Positions 15,467-25,447 of a DNA stretch of 64,000 nucleotides are shown here, piece after piece. The DNA lies in assembly GCA_963742735.1 (NCBI GenBank), contig CAVUMN010000004.1:992001-1056000 (forward strand), in the 5' to 3' direction. The notes below the pieces were generated by a model. The model saw only the letters and a list, made by a program, of their open reading frames with translations. It was not told the DNA's origin and made no database searches. Source of the DNA: an uncultured Actinomycetes bacterium (lineage in GTDB: Bacteria > Actinomycetota > UBA4738 > JBBDTT01). Each line of letters opens with the position of its first letter. The stretch's first letter is position 1. The position numbers and the translations under genes are program-made.

Positions 15467-16701
15467 CGGGGGAGGGCGCCCAGCCGGAACGGCGACTCCA
15501 GGACCTGGCCGAGGGCCTTCAGGGCGCGCCCGGCCTCGGCTCCGTCCAGGACCCGGTGATCGAAGGTCAGCCCCAGGACCGCGGCCGGACGCGCGACCAC
15601 CTGGCCGTCCACCACGAGGGCCTTCGGCTCGATGACCCCCAGCGACAGGATCGCCGCCTCGGGGGCGTTGATGATCGGCGTGCCGAACTCCGCGCCGAAC
15701 GAGCCGACGTTGGTGATGGTGATGGTGCCCCCGGTGAGCTGCTCGGGCGTGGCCTTGCGGGACCGAGCGGCCTCGGCGGCGGCCGCGATCGCCGCGGAGA
15801 GCTGAGAGATCGTCTTCAGGCCGGCGTCCTCGACCACGGGGACCAGCAATCCCGCCTCGGTCTCGGTGGCAATGCCCAGGTGGACGCGGCCGTGCAGGAC
15901 GACCTCTTCGCCGGCCCACGACGCGTTGATACGACGGTGTTCTGCGGCAACGTCCGCAAGGGCCCGCCCGACGATCGCCAGCGGCGAGATCTTCACCCCC
16001 TCGGCCTCGGCCTGGATCTCATCCCGGTAGGCGAGCACGTGCGTGAAGTCGACCGTGAGGAACGTGGTGACGTGGGGGATCTCCCGCCATGCCGCCGAGA
16101 GATGCTCGGCAGCTCGGCGCCGCACGCCGCGAACCGGGACGCGCTCGTCCTCGCGCGCGGCCACGGGGGCCACCGACGCGGCGAACATGTTCCGGACCGG
16201 CGCCGGGGCGGAGGCGGCGCTCTCGACGTCGTCGCGGGTGATGCGGCCGTTGGGGCCGGTGCCGGTCACCGCCGCGAGGTCGACTCCCAGCTCCTTTGCC
16301 ATCTTCCTGACGGGCGGCGTCGCGCGCACCGCCGTTCCGGCTGCCGATCCGCTCGCCGGCCGCTGGGCCTGCTTCCCGGTCGGCTCCTCGTCCGGCGGGC
16401 GGGCCGTAGCCGACCAGCACGGCCCGGCGCTTCGGCGCCGCGTCGCCGTTGCCTCCGGTCTCGACGTCGAACGTCACCAGCGGCGCGCCGACCTTGACCA
16501 CCTCGCCGTCGGCGCCGTGCAGCTTGGACACCGTCCCCGCGAACGGCGAGGGGATCTCCACCATGGCCTTCGCGGTCTCGACCTCGACCAGCGGCTGGTT
16601 CAGCGTCGACCGTGTCGCCCTCGGCGACCAGCCATCGAGACGATCTCGGCGTCCTCCAGGCCCTCGCCCAGGTCGGGAAGCAGGAAGTCCCTCGACGCCA
16701 T
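15463..16701 (-). CDS. dihydrolipoamide acyltransferase E2 (several frameshifts)
   Basis: FLLPDLGEGLEDAEIV, lipoyl motif EVETAKA, RATPPVRKMAKELGVDL, TFDHRVLDG. Confidence 0.9.
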
Positions 16702-17680
16702 CAGTAGCCCGTGACGCCGGTCCACGGCGCGCAGGATCCGCTTTACGCTGGGGACGTAGTGCTCCTCGAGGGTCGCCGGCGGGTACGGCGTGTCCCACCC
16801 CGTCACCCGGAGCACCGGCGCCTCCAGGTAGTCGAACGCGTCCTCGACGATGCGGGCGACGATCTCGGCGCCGAACCCGGCCGTCATCGGGCGCCTCGTG
16901 GACCACGACCGCCCGGCCCGGTCTTCGGCGACCGACGCGGCCAGCGTCTCGACGTCGAGCGGCACCAGCGAGCGCAGGTCGAGGACCTCCGATCGACGTG
17001 CCTCGGCCGAGGCGCGCTCGGCGGCGGCCAGCGAGCGGGCCACCATCGCCCCGTACGCGACGACGGTCACGTCGGAGCCCTCGCGCACGACGCGCGCCTT
17101 CCCGATCGGCGCCCCGTCCGCGCTCAGGTCGCCGGACTCCTTCGACCAGTACCGGCTCTTCGGCTCCAGGAAGATCACCGGGTCGGGGTCCGCGATCGAC
17201 TGCACGCAGCAGCGAGTAGGCGTCCAGTGCGGAGGAGGGGACCACGACCTTCAGCCCGGCCGTGTGCGCGTAGTACGTCTCCGGGCTCTCGGAGTGATGC
17301 TCGGCCGCGCCGATGCCGCCGGCGAACGGGATGCGGATGACCATCGGCACCGGCGCCCGTCCGCGAGAGCGGTACCGGTGCTTCGCGATGTGGCTGATCA
17401 CCTGGTCGAGCGCCGGGTAGCTGAACCCGTCGAACTGCATCTCGGCGACCGGCTTCCACCCCGCCAGCGCCAGACCGAACGACACCCCGGCGATGGCCGA
17501 CTCCGCGAGCGGCGTGTCGAACACGCGCTCCGTCCCGAACTCTGACTGGAGGCCCTCGGTGACCCGGAACACCCCGCCGAGCGGGCCGACGTCCTCGCCC
17601 AGGACGAGCGTTCGGTCGTCGTTCGCCAGGGAGTCGCGCAGCGCCTCGTTGAGCGCCCGGGCCATGGTGACCTCAGCCAT
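16701..17680 (-). CDS. 2-oxoacid dehydrogenase E1 beta (several frameshifts)
   Basis: GEDVGPLGGVFRVT, FDTPLAES, EHHSESPE, DPVIFLEPK, DLRSLVPLD. Confidence 0.9.
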
Positions 17681-18749
17681 CCGCGCGGTCCTCCTCGTTC
17701 GCCAGGCCGAGGGCCTCGTCGCGCTGGCGGCGGAGCGTCTCGTGCGGCTCGGCGAAGACCCACTCGAACAGTTCCTCCACCGGCCGCGGCGGCGCGCCGA
17801 CGATGCCCTCGCGCATGTGCGCGGCCAGCTCGTCGGCGTCGGAGCTCACGGCGTTCCGCACCTCGTCGGTCAGCACCCCGGCCGCGCTCAGGTAGCGCTC
17901 GTAGCGCTCCAGCGGATCCTGGGCGCGCCACGGCTCGACCTCCTCCTCGGTGCGGTATCGGCCCGCGTCGTCGGCGGTGGAGTGGGGCCCGATCCGGTAG
18001 GTGAGCGCCTCGATCAGGGTGGGGACGGCGTCGTCGCGGGCCCGGGCCGCCGCCTCGCGGGTGACCTTGTACACGGCCAGGACGTCGTTCCCGTCGACCT
18101 GCACGCCGGGGAAGCCGTACGCCGCGGCCTTCTCGGCGATCGGTACCTTCGACTGCTGGTCGAAGGGCACCGAGATCGCCCACCCGTTGTTCTGGCAGAA
18201 GAACACGACCGGCGCGCCGAGCACCGCCGCGAAGTTCATGGCCTCGTGGACGTCGCCCTCCGACGTGGCGCCGTCGCCGAAGTACGCCAGCGAGCAGAGC
18301 CGCTCGCCGTCCTTGCGCTTGCCGAGCGCGTAGCCGACGGCGTGCAGCGCCTGCGAGCCGACCGGCACCGACACCATCCCGAACCGGTGCTCGTAGAGGT
18401 CGTACGTCCCACCGTGCCACGTGGCCCGGTAGAAGTGCAGGTACTCGACCAGGTCGATCTTGCGCACGAGCGCCGCACCCAGCTCGCGGTAGCTCGGGAA
18501 GATGAAGTCCTCCTCGCCCAGCGCGAAGGCGCTGCCGACCTGGGCGGCCTCCTGGCCGATGAGCGGTGGATAGACGGCGAGCTCGCCCTGGCGCTGCAGC
18601 GCCGTGGCCTCCAGGTCGGCGCGGCGGGTGAGCGCCATCAGCCGGTACAGCTCGCGGAGGTCCTCCTCCTTCAGCTCCAGGTCGGCGACGGCCCGCTCGT
18701 CGGCCGTTCCGTCCGGGGCGACGATGCGAAACGGTCCCTCGGCGCTCAC
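17673..18749 (-). CDS. pdhA: 2-oxoacid (pyruvate/branched-chain) dehydrogenase E1 alpha
   Basis: LQRQGELAVYPPLIGQEAAQ, TPP motif FGDGATSEGD...NN, YRIGPHSTADD. Confidence 0.9.
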   Translation of the reverse strand: MSAEGPFRIVAPDGTADERAVADLELKEEDLRELYRLMALTRRADLEATALQRQGELAVYPPLIGQEAAQVGSAFALGEEDFIFPSYRELGAALVRKIDLVEYLHFYRATWHGGTYDLYEHRFGMVSVPVGSQALHAVGYALGKRKDGERLCSLAYFGDGATSEGDVHEAMNFAAVLGAPVVFFCQNNGWAISVPFDQQSKVPIAEKAAAYGFPGVQVDGNDVLAVYKVTREAAARARDDAVPTLIEALTYRIGPHSTADDAGRYRTEEEVEPWRAQDPLERYERYLSAAGVLTDEVRNAVSSDADELAAHMREGIVGAPPRPVEELFEWVFAEPHETLRRQRDEALGLANEEDRADG

Positions 18750-19810
18750 GGGGTCCAGGTTAGCTTCAGCCGGCCGACCTTCTTCATCCGGTCGAGCGCG
18801 AACTTGTCGGCCGCCTCGTGGGTGGGGATCCCCTTCGTCTTCGCGACGTGGAAGACGTCGCGCAGGGTCCGGTAGATGCCGCGGACCCGCTCGAGCGCGC
18901 GGTCGGCGTCGTAGCCCTGGAGCTCGTCGGCCACGTTGATGAGCCCGCCGGCGTTGATCACGTAGTCGGGCGCGTACAGGATCCCGGCCTCGTGGAGCGC
19001 CGTGCCGTGCACCGGCTGCTCCAGCTGATTGTTCGCCGAACCGGCCACGATCCGGCACTTCAACTCGGGGAGTGTGTCGTCGCGGATGATCCCGCCGAGC
19101 GCGCAGGGGGCGAACACATCGCACTCGACCGCGTGGATCTTGTCGGCCTCCGCGGTCTCCACCCCGAACTCGCGGACCGCCCGCGCCACGGCGTCCACGT
19201 CGACGTCGGCCACCGTCACGGTGGCGCCGTCCTGGACGAGGTGCTGGACCAGGTGGTAGCCGACCTTGCCCACGCCCTGGACGGCGACGTGGCGGCCCTT
19301 GAGGGAGGGGTCGTTCCACACCTCCTGGGCGCAGGCGCGGAGGCCCTCGAACACGCCGGTCGCGGTCACGGGCGAGGGGTCGCCCGAGCCCCCGAGCGTC
19401 GGGGAGACGCCGGTGACGTGGCGGGTCTCCCGGTGGATGAGGTCCATGTCGTCCCGCGAGGTCCCCACGTCCTCGGCCGTGATGTAGCGGCCGCCGAGCG
19501 AGTCGATGAACCGGCCGTAGGCGCGCAACAGAACCTCGGACTTGATGCGCTTGGGGTCGCCGATGATGACGGCCTTGCCGCCGCCCAGGTCCAGGCGCGC
19601 GGCGGCGGCCTTGTACGTCATCCCGCGGGCCAGCCGAAGGACGTCCAGGAGCGCGGCGTCCTCGGACGGGTAGGGGTAGAAACGCGTGCCCCCGAGCGCG
19701 GGACCGAGGGTGGTGTTGTGGATGGCGACGATGGCCTTGAGGCCGCTGGGCTGGTCGTGGAAGAACACGACCTCCTCGTACTCGCGCCCCATCGCGTCGA
19801 ACACGCCCAC
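18746..19810 (-). CDS. Leu/Val/Phe dehydrogenase
   Basis: IHNTTLGPALGGTRFY, MTYKAA, LGGGKAVI, AEDVGT, YAPDYVINAGG. Confidence 0.93.
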   Translation of the reverse strand: MGVFDAMGREYEEVVFFHDQPSGLKAIVAIHNTTLGPALGGTRFYPYPSEDAALLDVLRLARGMTYKAAAARLDLGGGKAVIIGDPKRIKSEVLLRAYGRFIDSLGGRYITAEDVGTSRDDMDLIHRETRHVTGVSPTLGGSGDPSPVTATGVFEGLRACAQEVWNDPSLKGRHVAVQGVGKVGYHLVQHLVQDGATVTVADVDVDAVARAVREFGVETAEADKIHAVECDVFAPCALGGIIRDDTLPELKCRIVAGSANNQLEQPVHGTALHEAGILYAPDYVINAGGLINVADELQGYDADRALERVRGIYRTLRDVFHVAKTKGIPTHEAADKFALDRMKKVGRLKLTWTP

Positions 19811-19869
19811 GGTGTTCGCATCCTACCCGCAGACCCGGCGCGGCAGGCCCTCTGGACGGCACCCCTAGA

Positions 19870-20691
19870 ATGCGAACGATGATCCCCTGCGCGTTCCTCC
19901 GTGTGTACCGGCCCCTCGACACCTTCGAGGAGCCCGAGCGCGGGAAGTGGGAGCGCTACATCGTCGACGGCGGCCACGTCGCTCCCGCGCGGCCGGTGTA
20001 CCGGGAGCAGTCCACGATCCTGCGGGGCCGGGTGGGGCTGCTCGCCATCCAGGAGGGCGACCACGCGGACGTGCGCTTCGTGGACGGCGTGTACTGGGTG
20101 TGCCCGTGGCGGACGCACCTGCGGGTCCTGGCCAGCATCCTGTCGCTGCGCGAGACCGCGCCGGCCGAGGTGGTCGAGGCGTTCGTCCCCGAGGCCGAGG
20201 CCCGCCGGGCCGCGCGCGAGCTCGCTCGCCTGCGCCGCCGCGACCCCGCGGCCGTCCCGGCCATGCTCCAGAGCCCCTGGCACGTCCCCATCCGGTGGTT
20301 CGCCCTGTTCGACGAGGAGGAGCGGCGCGTGGTGGAGCGTCCCGAGGGCGGCCACCGCCTCTTCTACTGGACGCCCATCGGGACCGCGCGGCGCCGGGCC
20401 GAGGCCGCGCTGGAGGCCCTCCAGCGCGCTCAGCTCGAGCCGGTGAGCTCGATGATGCGGGAGTTGCTCGACTGGCTCTCCGCGTTCGATCCGCGCTCCG
20501 CCGTCGAGCTCGACTACGCGGAGGTCTCCTCGATGTTCGGGTGGGACGAGCTGGACAACGACCACAGCGCCCGGGACATCCAGGCCGCGGTCACCGGGCT
20601 CTTGGAGGGCGACCTGACGCTGGCCACCGAGAAGTACCAGGCCGTCGCGCAGCACTGGGCCGAGGTTCGAAGCCGCGAATCCCTCAATTGA
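19870..20691 (+). CDS. conserved actinobacterial hypothetical protein (vdh-bldC neighbourhood)
   Basis: FLRVYRPL, CPWRT, WHVPIRWF, VELDY, DHSARD motifs; synteny resembles the actinomycete bldC locus. Confidence 0.8.
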   Translation: MRTMIPCAFLRVYRPLDTFEEPERGKWERYIVDGGHVAPARPVYREQSTILRGRVGLLAIQEGDHADVRFVDGVYWVCPWRTHLRVLASILSLRETAPAEVVEAFVPEAEARRAARELARLRRRDPAAVPAMLQSPWHVPIRWFALFDEEERRVVERPEGGHRLFYWTPIGTARRRAEAALEALQRAQLEPVSSMMRELLDWLSAFDPRSAVELDYAEVSSMFGWDELDNDHSARDIQAAVTGLLEGDLTLATEKYQAVAQHWAEVRSRESLN

Positions 20692-20847
20692 TGACCGCAC
20701 GCCACGCTCGAAATCGGGCCATACCTGGGTAGTTCTCACCCACCCACCGAAATTAGCCCGATTTGTCTATGTAGTTTCGGGGTTCTCGCGCCGACAATTC
20801 GTACGAAAGCGTTGCCCGACCGCATGCCCGACAAGGAGGTTAGACAC

Positions 20848-21033
20848 GTGGACAACGGGCGCACCCGTGAGAAGCTCCTCACGCCCGCCGAGGTTGCTTC
20901 GCTGTTTCGAGTGGACCCCAAGACCGTGACGCGTTGGGCAAAGGCCGGAAAGATCTCGTCCATCCGCACGCTCGGGGGCCATCGCCGATACCGCGAGGCG
21001 GAAGTTCGCCAGCTCCTCGGCGCCGCGTCGTAA
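20848..21033 (+). CDS. bldC: BldC family MerR-like DNA-binding protein
   Basis: LLTPAEVASLFRVDPKTVTRWAKAGKISSIRTLGGHRRYREAEV; AAGGAGG RBS before the GTG. Confidence 0.93.
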   Translation: MDNGRTREKLLTPAEVASLFRVDPKTVTRWAKAGKISSIRTLGGHRRYREAEVRQLLGAAS

Positions 21034-21070
21034 GGGACTCAACCGAAACCGAACCGAACACCAACACGAA

Positions 21071-21110
21071 GACGTCCCGGCCGGATCTCCGGCCGGGACG
21101 TCGTCGTTTC
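21071..21110 (+). terminator. hairpin terminator between bldC and the convergent tRNA cluster
   Basis: perfect stem GACGTCCCGGCCGGA-TC-TCCGGCCGGGACGTC followed by GTCGTTTC. Confidence 0.75.
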
Positions 21111-21122
21111 GTGGCTCACCCC

Positions 21123-21197
21123 GGTGGCGAGGGGCGGATTCGAACCGCCGACACCGCGGTTTTCAGCCGCGTGCTCTGCCAACTGAGCTACCTCGCC
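21123..21197 (-). tRNA. tRNA-Phe(GAA)
   Basis: GGCGAGGTAGCTCAGTTGGCAGAGC...CTGAAAA...GGTTCGAATCC. Confidence 0.95.
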
Positions 21198-21239
21198 TCG
21201 CTGCAAACGAGACCGACCTCTTCGGCCGGCCTCGCTGAG

Positions 21240-21314
21240 CGGTCCGGACGGGATTTGAACCCGCGATCTCCGCCTTGACAGGGCGGCGTCCTAACCAGAC
21301 TGGACCACCGGACC
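21240..21314 (-). tRNA. tRNA-Asp(GTC)
   Basis: GGTCCGGTGGTCCAGTCTGGTTAGGAC...CTGTCAA...GGTTCAAATCC. Confidence 0.95.
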
Positions 21315-21329
21315 AAGCTAGATTTCTTG

Positions 21330-21402
21330 TGCCCCCAACGGGATTCGAACCCGTGCCGCCGCCTTGAAAGGGCGGTATCCTGGGCCGCTAGACGATGGGG
21401 GC
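21330..21402 (-). tRNA. tRNA-Glu(TTC)
   Basis: GCCCCCATCGTCTAGCGGCCCAGGA...CTTTCAA...GGTTCGAATCC. Confidence 0.95.
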
Positions 21403-21514
21403 AAGGCCCGCTCCCAATCTCGCCGGGGGCTCTGCGGCAGTATAGCGCCCGGTTGCCCCGGCCCCACCCCGACCGTAGGCTACGCCGACGCCCCGCGTGG
21501 AAGGACTCGAAGCG

Positions 21515-21763
21515 ATGAGCGACGTCAAGGACAAGATCCGTAAGTTCCTGAACGACGAGGTCCTCTTCGAGGAGGGCGCCAAGATCGCCGACGACCAGGC
21601 CCTCGTGGGCGACGTGCTCGACTCCCTGGCGCTCATGCAGCTCGTGGAGTACATCGAGCAGGAGTTCGAGATCGAGGTCGCCGACGAGGACGTCACCCCC
21701 GTCAACTTCCAGACGCTGAACGACCTCGAGCGGTACGTGAAGGACCACGCGGCGTCCGCGTAG
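21515..21763 (+). CDS. acyl/peptidyl carrier protein
   Basis: 82 aa, acidic, LDSLALMQLV phosphopantetheine motif. Confidence 0.9.
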   Translation: MSDVKDKIRKFLNDEVLFEEGAKIADDQALVGDVLDSLALMQLVEYIEQEFEIEVADEDVTPVNFQTLNDLERYVKDHAASA

Positions 21764-21768
21764 GGCCC

Positions 21769-23247
21769 GTGACCCTCCTCCACCGCTACCTCGAGGACGC
21801 CGCTCGCCGCCGTCCCGGCCACCCCGCCGTCGTCGCGGGCGAGCGCTCGATCTCCTATTCCGAGCTCGACGCGCTGGCCGGTCGCGTCGCCCGTGCCCTG
21901 GTCCGCGCCGGCGTCGAGCCCGGCGACCGCGTGGCCGTGTTCGCGCCGAAGTCCATCGAGACGATCGCCGCGTTGTACGGGGCCATGAAGGCCGGCGCGT
22001 GCTACGTCCCGATCGATCCGTCCTCGCCGCCCGTTCGCGCGGGCCTGATCGCCCGCGACTGCGACGTCCGCGCCGTCGTGACCGACGCCGCGCGCGCATC
22101 CGCGCTCGAGCCCGAGCTCGCCTCGGGCGACGTCCGCCACTGGCTGCGGCTGGAGGACCTCGCCGTGCTCCCCGAGGGCGACGAGGCGCTCCCCGAGGGA
22201 TCGCCCGACGCCCTGGCCTACGTGCTGTACACCTCGGGCTCCACCGGCGTCCCCAAGGGCGTGATGCTCAGCCACCGCAACGCCGGCCGCTTCGTGGAGT
22301 GGGCATCCGGCGTGCTCGAGCTGCGCGAAGACGACCGGCTCTCCTCGCACGCGCCGTTCCACTTCGACCTGTCGGTGTTCGACCTGTACGCGGCGGCGAA
22401 GGCCGGCGCGACGCTGTACCCGATCCTGGGCGAGGCGGCGTCGATGGGCGCCCCGATGGCCGAGGCCATCGGCATCCACGAGCTCACCGTTTGGTACTCG
22501 GTGCCCTCCGCGCTGATGCTGCTCGTCACCCAGGGGGGCGTGGACGCCGCCCGGCTCGGATCGCTACGCCACGTGGTGTTCGCCGGCGAGGTGTTCCCCA
22601 CGCCGTACCTGCGCAAGCTGGCCGCGCTGATCCCCGGCGCCAGGCTGCACAACTGGTACGGGCCCACCGAGACGAACGTGTGCACGTACCACGTGGTGGA
22701 GGAGGTCCCGGCCTCGGACGATCCGATCCCCATCGGGCGGGCCTGCGAGCATTACGAGTGCTTCGCGGTGACCGCCGACGCCCGCCGCGCCGGCGTGGGC
22801 GAGGAGGGCGAGCTGCAGGTGGCCGGCGACGGCGTGATGCGCGGCTACTGGGGCGGGCCGGAGCACTCGGGCCCCTATGCCACCGGGGACCTGGTCGTCC
22901 TGCAGGACGACGGCGAGTTCCGGTTCCTGGGCCGCCGCGACCACCAGATCAAGACCCGCGGCTACCGGGTGGAGCTCGGCGAGGTCGAGGCCGCCGTGTA
23001 CGCGCACGACGCGATCCGCGAGGCGGCGGTGGTGGCGGTTCCCGACGAGCGGATCGGCCACGCGCTCGTCGCGTTCGTGGTCCCGCACGACGGGCAGGAG
23101 CTCTCGCCGGTGGCGCTCAAGCGGCACGTCTCCGAGCGGCTCCCGCGCTACATGGTCCCCGGGGCCGTCCACGTCCGGGAGGCCCTGCCCAAGACGTCCA
23201 CCGGCAAGATCGACCGCCAGTCGCTGGTGAAGGAGGCCTCCGCCTAG
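21769..23247 (+). CDS. stand-alone amino acid adenylation enzyme (prolyl-AMP ligase-like)
   Basis: YTSGSTGVPKG, APFHFDLSVFDLY, WYSVPSAL, NWYGPTETNVC, TGD, PKTSTGKIDR. Confidence 0.85.
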   Translation: MTLLHRYLEDAARRRPGHPAVVAGERSISYSELDALAGRVARALVRAGVEPGDRVAVFAPKSIETIAALYGAMKAGACYVPIDPSSPPVRAGLIARDCDVRAVVTDAARASALEPELASGDVRHWLRLEDLAVLPEGDEALPEGSPDALAYVLYTSGSTGVPKGVMLSHRNAGRFVEWASGVLELREDDRLSSHAPFHFDLSVFDLYAAAKAGATLYPILGEAASMGAPMAEAIGIHELTVWYSVPSALMLLVTQGGVDAARLGSLRHVVFAGEVFPTPYLRKLAALIPGARLHNWYGPTETNVCTYHVVEEVPASDDPIPIGRACEHYECFAVTADARRAGVGEEGELQVAGDGVMRGYWGGPEHSGPYATGDLVVLQDDGEFRFLGRRDHQIKTRGYRVELGEVEAAVYAHDAIREAAVVAVPDERIGHALVAFVVPHDGQELSPVALKRHVSERLPRYMVPGAVHVREALPKTSTGKIDRQSLVKEASA

Positions 23248-24426
23248 ATGGCCGACCTGTCGCCCACCGCGAACGACGCGCCCTGGCTCTCGGCCGAGCA
23301 GCTCGAGTTCCGGGCGAACGTGTCGCGGTTCGCCGCGAAGGACCTGCGGGCGGACCCCGAGGAGGCCCGGAGCCGCGACCGCGACAGCGAGTTCTGGCGC
23401 GAGGGCTGGGACGCGTGCGGGCGGTTCGGGATCCAGGGCTTGCCGATCCCCGAGGAGTGGGGGGGCGGCGGCGCGAGCGCGCTGACGACGATCGTCGGCC
23501 TGGACGCGCTCGGCTCGGGGTGCACGGACAACGGCCTGCTGTTCTCCCTGGGCGCGCACATGTGGTCCTCGGAGGTCCCGGTGTGGCACTACGGGACCGA
23601 CGAGCAGCGCACGGAGTGGCTCCCTCGGCTGTGCCGGGGCGAGGCGGTCGGCATCCACGCCATCACCGAGCCCGAGGCCGGCTCGGACGCGTTCTCGCTG
23701 AAGACGCGGGCGGAGAAGGACGCCGGCGGCTACGTCCTCACCGGGCGAAAGACGTTCATCACGAACGCGCCGGTGGCCGACCTGCTGATCGTGTTCGCCC
23801 GGCTCGGCGAGGGGACCGGACCGTTCGGCATCTCCGCGTTCATCGTCCCGCCCGACGCCGAGGGCCTGCAGATCACCCACCTGGAGAAGATGGGTCTGCG
23901 GACCTCGCCGATGGGCGAGATCGCGCTCGACGGGGTGCGGGTCCCGGCCGAGAACCTCCTGGGGCGCGAGGGCAAGGGCGCGCGGGTGTTCCAGACGTCC
24001 ATGGAGTGGGAGCGCGGCTGCATCATGGCCACGACGGTGGGGACCATGCAGCGGGTCACCGAGGACACGGTCGCGTACGCGAAGGAGCGCCGCCAGTTCG
24101 GGAAGTCGATCGGCAAGTTCGAGGCGGTGGCGTTCAAGATCGCCGACATGAAGATCCGGCTCGACGCCGCCCGAGGGCTGCTGTACCGGACCGGGCACGT
24201 CATGGACTCGGGTCAGGCGTTCACCGCCGAGGCCGCCGAGGCCAAGGTGTTCATCTCCGAGGCCGCCGTGCAGACCCACCTGGACGCGCTGCAGGTCCAC
24301 GGCGGGGCCGGGTACCTCACCGAGACGGGTCTGGAGCGCAGCGTCCGCGACGCCCTGGGCGGCACGATCTACTCGGGTACCAGCGAGATCCAGCGCCGGA
24401 TCATCGCGAAGTACCTCGGTCTGTAG
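23248..24426 (+). CDS. acyl-CoA dehydrogenase family (prolyl-PCP dehydrogenase-like)
   Basis: GCTDNGLLFSLGAHMW, AITEPEAGSD, KMGLRTSP, MEWER, GGTIYSGTSEIQR. Confidence 0.85.
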   Translation: MADLSPTANDAPWLSAEQLEFRANVSRFAAKDLRADPEEARSRDRDSEFWREGWDACGRFGIQGLPIPEEWGGGGASALTTIVGLDALGSGCTDNGLLFSLGAHMWSSEVPVWHYGTDEQRTEWLPRLCRGEAVGIHAITEPEAGSDAFSLKTRAEKDAGGYVLTGRKTFITNAPVADLLIVFARLGEGTGPFGISAFIVPPDAEGLQITHLEKMGLRTSPMGEIALDGVRVPAENLLGREGKGARVFQTSMEWERGCIMATTVGTMQRVTEDTVAYAKERRQFGKSIGKFEAVAFKIADMKIRLDAARGLLYRTGHVMDSGQAFTAEAAEAKVFISEAAVQTHLDALQVHGGAGYLTETGLERSVRDALGGTIYSGTSEIQRRIIAKYLGL

Positions 24427-24491
24427 CCCAACCGGGAACGAAGTCGCGAAGGCCCTCGTTGTAGCGTGTGACGAGACCTGAGGAGGCGAGC

Positions 24492-25013
24492 ATGGCGCAG
24501 GAGCAGGCGACGTTCGGTGCGGGGTGTTTCTGGGGCGTGGAGTACGTGTTCCGCCGCGTGCCGGGCGTGCTCGACGTGGAGGTGGGCTACGAGGGCGGGA
24601 TCACCCCCGACCCGACCTATCAGGAGGTGTGCTCGCACACGACCGGCCACGCGGAGGTGGCGCGGGTGACGTTCGACCCCGAGAAGCTCGGGTACGACCA
24701 GCTGCTCGAGGTGTTCTGGGCGCTGCACGACCCGACCCAGGTGGACCGCCAGGGTCCGGACGTCGGCGACCAGTACCGCAGCGTGATCTTCACGCTCTCC
24801 CCGGAGCAGCAGGCGGCGGCCGAGGCCTCGAAGGAGAAGGCCCAGGCGCGCTACGACAAGCCGATCGCGACCGTGGTGGAGCCGTCGAAGACGTTCTATC
24901 CGGGCGAGGACTACTACCAGGCGTACTACGAGAAGAACGGCCACACGCCGTACTGCCACACGGTGCCGGTGCGCACCCTGGAGGAGCTCGGGCTCATCCC
25001 GGCCCGCTCGTAG
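24492..25013 (+). CDS. msrA: peptide methionine sulfoxide reductase A
   Basis: FGAGCFWGVE, HDPTQVDRQGPDVGDQYRS. Confidence 0.93.
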   Translation: MAQEQATFGAGCFWGVEYVFRRVPGVLDVEVGYEGGITPDPTYQEVCSHTTGHAEVARVTFDPEKLGYDQLLEVFWALHDPTQVDRQGPDVGDQYRSVIFTLSPEQQAAAEASKEKAQARYDKPIATVVEPSKTFYPGEDYYQAYYEKNGHTPYCHTVPVRTLEELGLIPARS

Positions 25014-25023
25014 CGGCCGGAGC

Positions 25024-25422
25024 TCAGTCGGCGGCGCTGATCTCGCGCACGGAGCGGTAGCCCTCCAGCGCGAGGTACGCGCCGGCGGCCATGGTCGCGA
25101 AGACGATCCCGTAGGACAGCGCGTCGACGCCCGCGTCCGCGTAGGCGTCGCTGATGACGCTCCATCGCGGGACCAGGTGCACCGCGATGAACCCGACCAC
25201 GGAGCCAACGCCGAGGATCATCGCCGCGAACGGCGCCAGCGGGTGGCCGCGGAAGGCCAGCGCCAGCGCGACGACCGAGGCGACGATCGATACGGCGCCG
25301 ACCAGGTTGACCTCCAGCGGCAGGGGCCGGGCCTGGCGTACGTGGTCCAGGTCGTGGATCAGCGTGAGGACCAGGAAGGCCAGGCCGGCCAGGGTGAGCC
25401 GCGCGCGGGTCGTGTCGTTCAC
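25024..25422 (-). CDS. small integral membrane protein
   Basis: four hydrophobic segments, HDLDH motif. Confidence 0.7.
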   Translation of the reverse strand: MNDTTRARLTLAGLAFLVLTLIHDLDHVRQARPLPLEVNLVGAVSIVASVVALALAFRGHPLAPFAAMILGVGSVVGFIAVHLVPRWSVISDAYADAGVDALSYGIVFATMAAGAYLALEGYRSVREISAAD

Positions 25423-25447
25423 GCGGGCAGAATAGGACGCCTCGGTG

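Noticed and set aside
20848-21033. Excisionase of an integrative element next to the tRNAs
   Set aside because: Sequence and the pur-vdh-bldC synteny match chromosomal BldC; no integrase is present
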